A model generated the notes under the pieces. That model had not been told where the DNA came from, ran no database searches, and worked only from the letters and a program-made list of their open reading frames with translations. The position numbers and the translations under genes were made by a program. This document shows, piece after piece, positions 9,017-17,338 of a stretch of 37,256 nucleotides of DNA. Each line of letters opens with the position of its first letter. Position 1 is the stretch's first letter. The stretch covers positions 1-37,256 of IMG/VR virus record IMGVR_UViG_3300037462_000914; one strand, written 5' to 3'. The stretch comes from a virus (taxonomy: Duplodnaviria; Caudoviricetes).

Positions 9017-10867
9017 ATTCATTGCGATTTGGTTGGCCGAGTTGAGGATGCGCAGCAGCATTTGTTGCAGTTGCGTCTCCACTTGGCTGGCCCCTTCGCT
9101 CAGGTTGGTGGTCTGGATGGTGATGCCGCCTTGGTTCAACGCATCCAGCTTGATGTGTATGTTCACCGGGCGGCTGCCGCCTCCGGTCACTTTCTCGGTC
9201 GCCTCCCGCTCCTTTTTGTCAAGTTCGTTCAGCCTTTTCTTGGCGAATGGGTCAATGCTTTTCTTCGGCTCCGCACCGCCCGGCCTGCGCAGCAGGCTGC
9301 CGTCGCCCCGTCCGGTGGGGCCGAACAGCGGCGCGTTCATGATGTCGTTTACGGCCTGCACCGGGGTTTTGCCCCGTGGCAACGCCGGTGTGTTGGTCGC
9401 CATGCCGGGTTCGGGACCCAAGCCCAATGCGCCGCGTATCCAGTCGGCGGTCGAGTCAACCCAAGAATCCTTGGCCGAGATGTTGCCCGCGTTCAAAAAC
9501 CCGCGCACCGACCCAATCCAGTCCAGTCCGGTGTTCACCGCCTTCATGGCCGCCGTGAACACGGGCAGCGTCCGGGTGCCCAGCCTGGTCAGCGTCGCGT
9601 CGAAGTCGTTCATCAGCCGGTTCCATTCGGCCTGCTTGTTCTGCCCGTTGGCCAAGGCCCCTTCCAGCCCGATGCCCCGCGCGGCCGAGTTGCGCACGTC
9701 GTCGATGGTGTTCTTCAGCTTGGCCGTATCCTGGACGAACATCGAAAGCCCCAGCGTGGCCTCCTGGTCGAGGCCGATGGCATCCAGCACCCGTACCCGC
9801 TGCTCGTTGGTCAGCCCATCGAAGCGTTTGCGCAACTGGCCGGATATGTCCACCAAACTACGCAGTTTGCCCTGCTGGTCGAAAAGCTCCACGCCCAGTT
9901 TTCTGAACTCCTTCTGCCGCTTGGTGTCGGCCAGGGCCTTGAACACGTTCTCCAGCGTGGTGCTGGCCTGCTCGGCCCGCAGGCCCTGCGAGGTGTAGAA
10001 TGCAAACGCCCCGGCCGTCTCTTTGAACGAAAGGCCGAGGTTGTTGGAAAGCGGTATGATTTTGGGCAAATAGTTGGCGAAATCAACGAACTCGCCCTTG
10101 CCTTTGTTGACGGCCCCGAACAGGGTGTCCAACGCCTCCTTGGCCGTGGTGTTGGCCGGGCCGACGCTGTTGAGCGTGTTCACCACCGCGTCGCCCACCA
10201 CCCGCAGGTCGGCCTGCGCCGCCTCGGCCCCGCGCAGCGAGTTGCGCAGGATGTCGAGGCCCAGCGCCTTGTCGCCCACGCCGGAAATGATTTGGTTGAA
10301 CGCGTCGGGCACCTGCCCCAAGGCGTTCTCGATGCCGCTGCCCCTGGCCAGCCCCATCACCTCCTGGCTCAGCCCGGCCAGTTCGGCCCGGCTCAGGCCC
10401 ATGGTCACGTTGGCCTTGGCCATGCCCGCCTCGAAGCTCATCGCCTGCCGGGTGCCTTGCACCAGTGCGGTACCTGCCGCCGCCACGCCCGCCGCCGCCA
10501 GCCCGGCCGGGGTGGCCATGCCCGCCAGCCCGGCCACGCCGGGCAGTTGGCTCAGCGGGCCGCCCGTCAGAAAATTCTGGATGCGGTTGCCGCGGCCCAG
10601 CCCGGCGCTGGCCATGCTTTTGGCACGGCCTTCCAGGGCCTGTATCTCGCGGTTGGCCCGGGCCAGTTCCTTCATGTCGCCCGTCAGGTCGCGGATTACC
10701 TTCAGGTCGTCAATCCGCTTGCGAATCTGTTCCAGGCTTTTGGGCATTTCGCCCAAGCTTTTGCGGAACGCCATGGCCTCGGCGTTGGTTTTCCTGAACT
10801 CGTTGGCCGCCGCGCCCAGTTGCTGGGCCACGTTGCCTTTGAGGTTGAAAAGCCATTCGAGCTTCAT
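9014..10867 (-). CDS. Tail tape measure protein (TP901-like core)
   Basis: 617 aa, Ala/Gly-rich; FEAGMAKAN...LGVELFDQQGKLRSL; follows the chaperone gene. Confidence 0.88.
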   Translation of the reverse strand: MKLEWLFNLKGNVAQQLGAAANEFRKTNAEAMAFRKSLGEMPKSLEQIRKRIDDLKVIRDLTGDMKELARANREIQALEGRAKSMASAGLGRGNRIQNFLTGGPLSQLPGVAGLAGMATPAGLAAAGVAAAGTALVQGTRQAMSFEAGMAKANVTMGLSRAELAGLSQEVMGLARGSGIENALGQVPDAFNQIISGVGDKALGLDILRNSLRGAEAAQADLRVVGDAVVNTLNSVGPANTTAKEALDTLFGAVNKGKGEFVDFANYLPKIIPLSNNLGLSFKETAGAFAFYTSQGLRAEQASTTLENVFKALADTKRQKEFRKLGVELFDQQGKLRSLVDISGQLRKRFDGLTNEQRVRVLDAIGLDQEATLGLSMFVQDTAKLKNTIDDVRNSAARGIGLEGALANGQNKQAEWNRLMNDFDATLTRLGTRTLPVFTAAMKAVNTGLDWIGSVRGFLNAGNISAKDSWVDSTADWIRGALGLGPEPGMATNTPALPRGKTPVQAVNDIMNAPLFGPTGRGDGSLLRRPGGAEPKKSIDPFAKKRLNELDKKEREATEKVTGGGSRPVNIHIKLDALNQGGITIQTTNLSEGASQVETQLQQMLLRILNSANQIAMN

Positions 10868-10871
10868 GGTT

Positions 10872-11081
10872 CTACGGGTTGAGCGGTCGGGATTCGGCTT
10901 CGCGGATGGCCGTCAGGTCAGCGTACCACAGGCAGAAGTCTTCGTCGCTGAGTGCGTCTATGAACCGGTCGGTGCGCCGGTAGTAGTATCGCAGGTGGGC
11001 GTGCATGGTGCGCAGCATCGCGTCGCTGAGCGGCTCGGCCCGCTCGTAGGGCAGGCCCTGCGCCTTCAGCAAATTTTTTTT
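10872..11081 (-). CDS. Tail assembly chaperone C-terminal (GT) segment reached by -1 frameshift
   Basis: -1 frame relative to 11066-11374, entered at the A8 run (11074-11081); ends just before the tape measure start. Confidence 0.7.
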   Translation of the reverse strand, partial: KKNLLKAQGLPYERAEPLSDAMLRTMHAHLRYYYRRTDRFIDALSDEDFCLWYADLTAIREAESRPLNP

Positions 11082-11374
11082 AGCTCCACCTTGGCCGCCT
11101 CCACCAGTTCGGTGAGTGTTTTGCTCAGCCCGAAGAACAAGCGGTCGTTGGTTTTGAAGGCTTCGTCGCCCGCAATCAGGCAGTTCTCGACAATGATTTC
11201 GTTCCACTTGATGGTGTCGTCGCCCGATGCCTTGTTGGCCGCACGCAGGATTTCGCGGGTGGGGCGGCGCAGCCAGCACCTGCGTCCGTCGTCGCTGGTG
11301 AACTCGTACACTTCGCCGTACTTCTGCTTCCACTCGGCGATTAGCTCCGGAGAGGGATTGGTCTGTTCTTTCAT
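11066..11374 (-). CDS. Tail assembly chaperone (G-like)
   Basis: IAEWKQKYGEVYE...LRRPTR...NCLIAGD; between tube and tape measure; ends CTA AAA AAA ATT TGC TGA. Confidence 0.8.
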   Translation of the reverse strand: MKEQTNPSPELIAEWKQKYGEVYEFTSDDGRRCWLRRPTREILRAANKASGDDTIKWNEIIVENCLIAGDEAFKTNDRLFFGLSKTLTELVEAAKVELKKIC

Positions 11375-11379
11375 GGAGG

Positions 11380-11478
11380 TAGTTGGTAGTTGGTTGTCGG
11401 TCGTCGGTGTCAGTCATTAGCCGTTAGCCAATAGCTATTAGCTAACGGCTGGCCACCGACGACTGACCACTGACGACT
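11380..11478 (-). repeat. Nested heptamer hairpin: AGTCGTC outer arms, TTAGCCG inner arms, AATAGCTATT core
   Basis: ...gtcagtcattagccgttagccaatagctattagctaacggctggccaccgacgactgacc... Confidence 0.85.
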
Positions 11479-11484
11479 TTCAAA

Positions 11485-11901
11485 TCAGATGTTGTATTCT
11501 ATGTCGCCGGCGTTGCCCTCGATGTCAATGGTGGCGTGCGGCTCGCCGGCCGTGTACTTCTTGTTGATCTTGGTGACCTTGAACTTCACTATGCGGTCGG
11601 TGCGCAGCCGGTTGAGCCGGTCGAGGCGGGCCACCTGTATGTTCACCGCCGCCATCGAGCGAAGGCTGGCGCCGGGCGGCAGCGAATCCTGCAGCGCGTC
11701 GTACTCGTCCACCAGCAGGGTCAGCTTCACCGGGAAGCGGCTCTTGCCGTTGATCACCGCGTAGGGTGCCCGCTGGCCCAAGATGTGCACCTCCGACGAC
11801 TCGCCTTCCTCGTCGTACTCGATGTCCACCACCGCCGCCGTCTTGTTGGCCACGATGATCTGGATGTTCTCGTGGCTGTAGGTGTTTCCGTTGATTGCCA
11901 T
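11485..11901 (-). CDS. Tail tube protein
   Basis: MAINGNTYSHENI...; 138 aa directly after the sheath. Confidence 0.75.
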   Translation of the reverse strand: MAINGNTYSHENIQIIVANKTAAVVDIEYDEEGESSEVHILGQRAPYAVINGKSRFPVKLTLLVDEYDALQDSLPPGASLRSMAAVNIQVARLDRLNRLRTDRIVKFKVTKINKKYTAGEPHATIDIEGNAGDIEYNI

Positions 11902-11907
11902 TTTACA

Positions 11908-11995
11908 AGTCGTTAGTCGTCAGTCGTCAGTGGCCAGTGGTCAGCCGTTAGCTAATAGCTATTGGCTAACGGCTAATGACTGACGACTGACCACT
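11908..11995 (-). repeat. Nested heptamer hairpin with AATAGCTATT core
   Basis: (agtcgtc)n agccgttagctaatagctattggctaacggctaatgactgacgactgaccact. Confidence 0.85.
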
Positions 11996-11999
11996 TTGT

Positions 12000-13247
12000 T
12001 TAGTTGTTTGCCGGGTTGCTCAGTTGCAGCTTCACGTCGATGAAGCGTTTGTAGGCGGGCGGCACCACCCGCAGCAATATCTCGTAGCGGCCGTCGGCCA
12101 GTATGTTCTGCTCGGGGCGGATGAAAACCTGCACGCCCAGCGCCTCGCCGACGGCTATCATCTCGTCTTCGATGGGCGTTTTTATCGCGTCTTCGCTTCG
12201 CTTGATCTCCAGCGGCGACAGGTTGCCCGTCGCCGGATCGACGAAGGTCGTGTCCAGAAGCTCGCGGATGAACACCCGGCGGGCGATGCGGGCCGCCTTG
12301 TTGATCACGCGGTTGCGGCTGATGAAGCAGTAGTCGTTGTCGAGCGGGGCGCAGGTGGGGTCGTCGTTGAAATAGAAACCCTCCTGCCCGGTGTCCTGGG
12401 TGACGAACAGGTAGCCCTTGTCTGAGAGCGTGTCCAAATCCGCGTCGGTCATCTCCACCACGCGCCGACCGGCGGAGGTTTCGGCGTCGAGCCAGCCGGT
12501 GCGGTCGGAGTCGAAGCGGCGGCGGCCGATGTTGACCTCCACGCCAACCCCGGCCACGCGGCCCAGGGCGAAGCCCACGGCGGCGTAGTTGGCCGCGCCG
12601 GTGTTGCCCGCCGCCTCCAGTGCCGTGCGCCGGTCGCGGTCTCGGCTGATCATCACGCTCACGTTCGGGGCGTTCTGCCCGCGCAGGTTCACGGCCGAGC
12701 CGAGGCTCTGCGGGTTGAAGATGCGCCCCTCCAGCACGATGTCTATGGGCCGGAACTTGGCGAACTCGTCGTCGGCGAACGCCTGCGCCAACGCCAGTGC
12801 CGCCACAAATGCGGCCGTCAGACCGGCTTGCGCCCCGGTTTCGGCATCGGCCGGGTTCAGGGCCACGCCCAGCAGTTTGATGTTGGCCTTCTGCGCCGTC
12901 AGGTATCCCTTCAGGGCGTTGTGCGGCACCGAGTTGGGCGTGAACAGTTGCGTCACCGTCACCGTCTCCGGCACGGTGAGCACGTGCAGTTCCGTCCCGG
13001 CCGGTGCCTTGACGTAGAAGTCCTTGATGTGTTCCCAAGCCAGCGTGACGGCGGCCCTATCCTTGGCCTCGGTGAAGCCCTGCGCCTCGAAGTCGCTGCG
13101 CTGGATGCCCACGAAGGCGGTGCCGGTCAGCCCGCCGTAGGCGGCCGCGTCCATGGCCACCACCAGCAGGCTCACGCCGTCGCGGCTGGCCACGGTGCCG
13201 CCGAGTCCGCCGTTGAGTTTTGAAATCGTTACGTTGGGCCTTGCCAT
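12000..13247 (-). CDS. Tail sheath protein (DUF2586-like)
   Basis: PNVTISKLNGGLG...GFYFNDDPT...DYCFISRNRVINKAAR. Confidence 0.85.
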   Translation of the reverse strand: MARPNVTISKLNGGLGGTVASRDGVSLLVVAMDAAAYGGLTGTAFVGIQRSDFEAQGFTEAKDRAAVTLAWEHIKDFYVKAPAGTELHVLTVPETVTVTQLFTPNSVPHNALKGYLTAQKANIKLLGVALNPADAETGAQAGLTAAFVAALALAQAFADDEFAKFRPIDIVLEGRIFNPQSLGSAVNLRGQNAPNVSVMISRDRDRRTALEAAGNTGAANYAAVGFALGRVAGVGVEVNIGRRRFDSDRTGWLDAETSAGRRVVEMTDADLDTLSDKGYLFVTQDTGQEGFYFNDDPTCAPLDNDYCFISRNRVINKAARIARRVFIRELLDTTFVDPATGNLSPLEIKRSEDAIKTPIEDEMIAVGEALGVQVFIRPEQNILADGRYEILLRVVPPAYKRFIDVKLQLSNPANN

Positions 13248-13252
13248 TGCTA

Positions 13253-13314
13253 TAGTCGTTAGTCGTCAGTCTTTGGCCGTTAGCCAATAGCTATTGGCTA
13301 ACGGCTAATGGCTA
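13253..13314 (-). repeat. Nested heptamer hairpin with AATAGCTATT core
   Basis: ttggccgttagccaatagctattggctaacggctaa is a near-perfect palindrome, with extra agtcgtt/agtcgtc units. Confidence 0.85.
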
Positions 13315-13316
13315 TT

Positions 13317-13847
13317 TTATTGCGGGAACACCGGCGGCTGCGGGTAGGCAGTGTCGGGTACTATGTTTTTGCCCAAAAACAGGGCGGGCGAAACCTTTAT
13401 CAGTTTGGATTGGTCGCCTGCGGCCTTGTCCGGGTCTGCGATGGTTGTCTCGAACACCGTCCGGTGCAGCAGCAGCCCGCCGAACTCGGTGTCGGGTTCG
13501 GTGCGCCGCCGCTCCAGCCCGCTGAACCGCTCGCCGGTCAGCCCCTGCACGGCCAAGTATATGGCCTGCAGCCGGTCGAAGTACCGGGCCAAGCCGTCGG
13601 CCTGCCCCGGCGCGCCGTCGTAGGTGTCCTCGCACCAGTGGTCGCCCACGTGCAGGGTCACCGTGCACAGGCCGCGTTGGTAGCCCTTGCCCTGCCCCTG
13701 CCAGTCGGTGCGCATCTCCACCAGCACGCCCGGCAGCAGTTGCGCCCACCGGCTTTCGTCCTCGTACTGCCGGTTGTAGAGGTCTATGTAGGCCAGCCCC
13801 TCCACACTTCGCAGGGCGGCGCACAGGGCCGTGTAGAGTTCTTTCAT
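13317..13847 (-). CDS. Tail terminator/completion protein (gp37-like)
   Basis: GLAYIDLYNRQY...PGVLVE; precedes the sheath. Confidence 0.6.
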   Translation of the reverse strand: MKELYTALCAALRSVEGLAYIDLYNRQYEDESRWAQLLPGVLVEMRTDWQGQGKGYQRGLCTVTLHVGDHWCEDTYDGAPGQADGLARYFDRLQAIYLAVQGLTGERFSGLERRRTEPDTEFGGLLLHRTVFETTIADPDKAAGDQSKLIKVSPALFLGKNIVPDTAYPQPPVFPQ

Positions 13848-13849
13848 TC

Positions 13850-13938
13850 AATTAAGAATTATGAATTGCGAATTCAGCACAACAGGCCCGGAAAACCAGC
13901 GGCCCGCCTCATTCTTGATTCTGAATTCTTAATTCTTA
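13850..13938 (-). repeat. Inverted heptamer-array hairpin, GAATTAA/GAATTCT family
   Basis: aattaag aattatg aattgcg aatt, GC-rich loop, then attcttg attctga attctta attctta att. Confidence 0.85.
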
Positions 13939-14382
13939 ATTAACGGCGGTGTCGTTCTTGTCTTCCTTGCGCTGCACGTACCGCGTCTGGATGACGGCGT
14001 TCAGCTCCGCGTCGGTGAGCCGGAAGCTCTCCATCAGCTCGCGGGCCACCATCAGGGCGATGCGGGCGTAGTTCATGGCCCGCACCTCGTCAGGCTGCAC
14101 GCGCAGCCACACCAAATAGCAGGCTATCTTGTCTTCGCCCAGTTTCTCCTCGCAGCCGGCCACCTTGCCCAGCACCGTGGCGGCCTTGGCCAGCGCATAG
14201 CTGAGCTTCACCCGCAGCAGGTTGTCCCACTCGCCGGGTATGATTTCGGTGAGCCGGATGGCCGCCCGGCTGTTGACGGCCGCCTTCAGCGACTGCACCA
14301 CCTCTATCGCCTCGTCGACGTGGACAAGGTAGCGGCGGGCGGAGATGAACAAATTGACGATGAAGCGGACGATGCGTAGCAT
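13936..14382 (-). CDS. Hypothetical protein in the lysis module
   Basis: 148-aa ORF with phage-like codon bias; stop abuts the repeat. Confidence 0.65.
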   Translation of the reverse strand: MLRIVRFIVNLFISARRYLVHVDEAIEVVQSLKAAVNSRAAIRLTEIIPGEWDNLLRVKLSYALAKAATVLGKVAGCEEKLGEDKIACYLVWLRVQPDEVRAMNYARIALMVARELMESFRLTDAELNAVIQTRYVQRKEDKNDTAVN

Positions 14383-14959
14383 GGCTGAAGGTCTGTTGGG
14401 GTGCGTATTTGACGAAAGTGAATGCGATGATGCGGAAGTGGTTGGTCAGTACGATTTGCCGGGTGCGTTCATAGACCCCGCCGCCGTCGTACTGGCTGCC
14501 CCGCGTGCCGGGGCTGGTGTTGGCCTCGATGGTGCGGAACGTGGAGGTGCCGGTCTGCCGGGTCACGAACCCGACGTGGCCCTGCCAGCCCGTGCCTCGC
14601 TGCCAGACGACGATGGTGCCGGGCGGGATTTTCAGGTTTTTGCCCAAAACGTCGCTGCTGCGCACCGACTTTTCGGTGACGAACCGCCTTGCGGCCGCAC
14701 TGACGATGAGCGGCTCGGCCACGTTTGCCCGCCCGATGCAGAAGCTGACGAAGGCGGCGCAGTAGGGGTTTCCCCTTCCCAAACCGGTGTAGCGCAGAAA
14801 CATCTCCACCTCTTTGCCGTCGTTGCGGCCGGTGGCCTCGGTCACCCCCACGTACTTGCGGGCGATTTGCAAATGAACCGGCTCGGGGTTCGGATTGGGC
14901 GGGGCGGCAACCAGAAGTTGCGGCACCACCAGCAGGAGCAATAGCAGAAGTCTCTTCAT
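14090..14959 (-). CDS. CHAP-domain endolysin with N-terminal signal peptide
   Basis: PYCAAFVS...GHVGFV...TIEANT; N-terminus MKRLLLLLLLVVPQLLVAA. The 3' end is uncertain because it overlaps the next gene. Confidence 0.8.
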   Translation of the reverse strand: MKRLLLLLLLVVPQLLVAAPPNPNPEPVHLQIARKYVGVTEATGRNDGKEVEMFLRYTGLGRGNPYCAAFVSFCIGRANVAEPLIVSAAARRFVTEKSVRSSDVLGKNLKIPPGTIVVWQRGTGWQGHVGFVTRQTGTSTFRTIEANTSPGTRGSQYDGGGVYERTRQIVLTNHFRIIAFTFVKYAPQQTFSHATHRPLHRQFVHLRPPLPCPRRRGDRGGAVAEGGRQQPGGHPAHRNHTRRVGQPAAGEAQLCAGQGRHGAGQGGRLRGETGRRQDSLLFGVAARAA

Positions 14960-14985
14960 GGAAACGGTCGTTTAAAGGTGGAAAA

Positions 14986-15324
14986 TCAGGCTTTGCCGAT
15001 GGCCGCACTCAGCCCCAGCGCAATGGCGATGATGAACGCGCACCAGACGATGGCCTTGGTTTGCACCGGCGCGTTGCGGAACTCCTTCATGTGCCAGCCG
15101 GGCAGCATCCAGGCCATGGACATGCGCAGCAGCAGCAGGTACTCCAGCCCGTAGAGCAAGGCCGCACTGATGCCCGAAAGCTCCTCCATGTTCTCCGGCT
15201 TGCGGATGCCGATTTTGGCCAAGGTACCCACCGGCAGCGTGTGGTAGAGCAGGAAAACGCTCAACGCCACCAGCAGCAGGAAGTATCCGATTTCCAAAAA
15301 GCGGTCTTTGATGTAGCTTGTCAT
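14986..15324 (-). CDS. Membrane protein, putative holin
   Basis: Three hydrophobic segments; upstream of the endolysin. Confidence 0.55.
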   Translation of the reverse strand: MTSYIKDRFLEIGYFLLLVALSVFLLYHTLPVGTLAKIGIRKPENMEELSGISAALLYGLEYLLLLRMSMAWMLPGWHMKEFRNAPVQTKAIVWCAFIIAIALGLSAAIGKA

Positions 15325-15377
15325 AGTTGTAGTCGTAAAGCCCCCTCCCGGTCACGCCAAGGCGTGAAGTTTTTTTG

Positions 15378-15412
15378 CTCCCTCCCCTTGGGGGAGGGCT
15401 GGGGTGGGGCCT
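15378..15412 (-). repeat. REP-like GC hairpin directly after a stop codon
   Basis: Sense strand: TAG aggccccaccccagccctcccccaaggggaggg. Confidence 0.75.
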
Positions 15413-15769
15413 CTACTGTCCGTCCGACAGGTAGTGGTTGTGGTAGGTATGGATGATCATGTCGAAACGCTCCCAGTCGCGTTGAACATAAGCGTCTTCG
15501 AGGCTCTCCATCAGGTGGCGGCGGCTCTTGGCCACCCGCACCGTCTTCTGCCGCTCGGCCTTGGCGAACACGTTGATGCCCGCCCGGTGGTCGCGCAGGT
15601 AGTGGCTGCGCCAGCGGTAGATCAAGTACAGGGCCGTCACCGAACTGACCAGTATGGCAATCCAGTGGTCGGCGTCCTTCATGTTCAGCACCCACACCAG
15701 TGCGTTCATGGCGGTGACCATGCTGGTCGTCAGCCCGATCTCGTTCGAGTGTTGCGGATGGTAGGCCAT
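15413..15769 (-). CDS. Membrane protein, putative holin/antiholin
   Basis: Two N-terminal hydrophobic segments and a charged C-terminus. Confidence 0.5.
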   Translation of the reverse strand: MAYHPQHSNEIGLTTSMVTAMNALVWVLNMKDADHWIAILVSSVTALYLIYRWRSHYLRDHRAGINVFAKAERQKTVRVAKSRRHLMESLEDAYVQRDWERFDMIIHTYHNHYLSDGQ

Positions 15770-15774
15770 TTCGT

Positions 15775-16182
15775 TTATCGCTGCACCGGCACCACTGTGC
15801 CGCCCACTTGGTTGGCGTAGTGCACCGCGTCGCTTTCGGTGAAGAAAGGCACCCGGTTCACGTCAACCACGTAGAACACCCCGACCTCCGGGTGCAACTC
15901 GAAGTACGGCTGCACCTCGGCCCGCCAGTCAACCGACTCGGCGATTTCATTCAAAAGCTCCAGCCCGGCTGCCGCCGCGTCGGCCGCCAGTTGCTCCAAG
16001 CCCAGACCTGGCTCAACCGGGGTTTGCTCAACCGGGGTTTGCTCAACCGGGGTTTGCTCAACCGGGGTTTGCTCAACCGGGGTTTGCTCAACCGGGGTTT
16101 GCTCAACCGGGGTTTGCTCAACCGGGGTTTGCTCAACCGGGGTTTGCGGCTCCTGCGGAGCCGTTTGCGATTTTTTCGCCAT
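15775..16182 (-). CDS. Hypothetical protein after capsid with (QTPVE)9 repeat
   Basis: 135-aa ORF downstream of the major capsid gene. Confidence 0.65.
   Translation of the reverse strand: MAKKSQTAPQEPQTPVEQTPVEQTPVEQTPVEQTPVEQTPVEQTPVEQTPVEQTPVEPGLGLEQLAADAAAAGLELLNEIAESVDWRAEVQPYFELHPEVGVFYVVDVNRVPFFTESDAVHYANQVGGTVVPVQR
16012..16146. repeat. 15-bp perfect tandem repeat x9 (coding VNTR)
   Basis: ctcaaccggggtttg x9. Confidence 0.97.
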
Positions 16183-16223
16183 GTCCTTATATAATAGGTG
16201 TACGAAACTTTTCCTAAAACCTC

Positions 16224-16278
16224 AATTCCGAATTCAGAATTCTGAATTCAGAATTCTGAATTCGGAATTCTGAATTCA
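16224..16278 (-). repeat. GAATTCA/GAATTCT heptamer array (self-complementary)
   Basis: aattccgaattcagaattctgaattcagaattctgaattcggaattctgaattca, right after the capsid stop. Confidence 0.85.
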
Positions 16279-17229
16279 TCAGGCCGCCGCCTGCTGCACC
16301 AGTGCCACGATGCCCTGGGCGTTGGCCCGGCGTTTGCGTCCGCCCATGCGCACCAGCGTCGAGTACACGTCGCCGTAGTAGAGCGGGCTGTCGGTATCCT
16401 CGAAGATGTCCACCGTGCCAAGGGCGGCTTCCACCGCGCTGCGGTGCCAACACACCACGGCCTCGTTGTCGGTGGCCGCACCGGCCGCGCCCACGGGCTT
16501 CACCACCGGCGTGCCGGCGTTGTCATAGACGGCCGTGCCGTTGCGCTCCATCAGGTTGAAGCCGAACAGCCGGGTGATCACCCCGTTGGTGATGTCCAGC
16601 TCGCGGCCGAAGTCGCGGGCAATCAAGTCCTTGTCGCTCATGAGCTGGTCGTACAAATCGCTGGGCAGCAGGGCGAACCGGTCGGTGCCGGGGCTGTTCT
16701 GCTTGTTCAAGGCCAGCTTGGCCCGCTTCAAGTCAAGGTAGCTGAACTTCTGGCGGTTGCCCGTGCCGCTCGGGGCGGTGGCGGCCACGCTCTCGGTGTT
16801 GGCGATGCGGATGACCGCAGCGGCGGCGATGGCCGCGCTGCCCGCACCGGCCGCAAACGCGCTGAGCCAGTTGAAGATGATGTCCTCGCCGCACGCCTCG
16901 GCGATGGTGGCCAAGTGTTCGCCCAGCACGCTGTCCATCTTGTCGTAGGACAGTTCCACCGTTTCGGCGTTCTGGATGTGGGTCGGGTCGGTGCTGTACT
17001 CGTCGATCACGTACACGATGTCCGTGTCGGTGCGGCGCACGGCCACGGCCGGGAAGCTGCCCCGGTTGCGCACCACCGTGGGGCGGGCACCCGCCTGCGG
17101 GATGTGCACGATCTTGCCGCCCAGCACGTTCTCATCCACCCGCGTGCAGTTGGCCGGGTTCAGGTGGGGGTTGTCCTTGAACAGGTTCCCCATGATGTAG
17201 TTGACCCAAAGTTCTTTCTGGATTGCCAT
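16279..17229 (-). CDS. Major capsid protein
   Basis: MAIQKELW...KIVHIPQAG...ELSYDKMDSV...PLYYGDVYS; follows protease/scaffold. Confidence 0.85.
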   Translation of the reverse strand: MAIQKELWVNYIMGNLFKDNPHLNPANCTRVDENVLGGKIVHIPQAGARPTVVRNRGSFPAVAVRRTDTDIVYVIDEYSTDPTHIQNAETVELSYDKMDSVLGEHLATIAEACGEDIIFNWLSAFAAGAGSAAIAAAAVIRIANTESVAATAPSGTGNRQKFSYLDLKRAKLALNKQNSPGTDRFALLPSDLYDQLMSDKDLIARDFGRELDITNGVITRLFGFNLMERNGTAVYDNAGTPVVKPVGAAGAATDNEAVVCWHRSAVEAALGTVDIFEDTDSPLYYGDVYSTLVRMGGRKRRANAQGIVALVQQAAA

Positions 17230-17235
17230 TTCTAT

Positions 17236-17338
17236 AGTAGTTAGTCGTCAGTCGTCAGTGGTCAGTCGTCAGTCGTCGGTGGTCAGCGTTGGTGGCGTTT
17301 TTTTTACTGACCACCGACGACCGACCACTGGCCACTCA
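17236..17338 (-). repeat. Inverted heptamer-array hairpin, AGTCGTC/AGTGGTC family
   Basis: Loop cgttggtggcgtttttttta. Confidence 0.9.

Noticed and set aside
9029-10882. Long antisense ORFs (9029-10882 +, 23421-25541 -, 33381-34907 +, 35050-36918 + and similar)
   Set aside because: Shadow frames of GC3-biased real genes on the opposite strand; no motifs.
15808-16194. (NRGLL)n and (SKPRL)n ORFs
   Set aside because: Alternative frames of the 15-bp VNTR; the QTPVE frame fits the operon direction.
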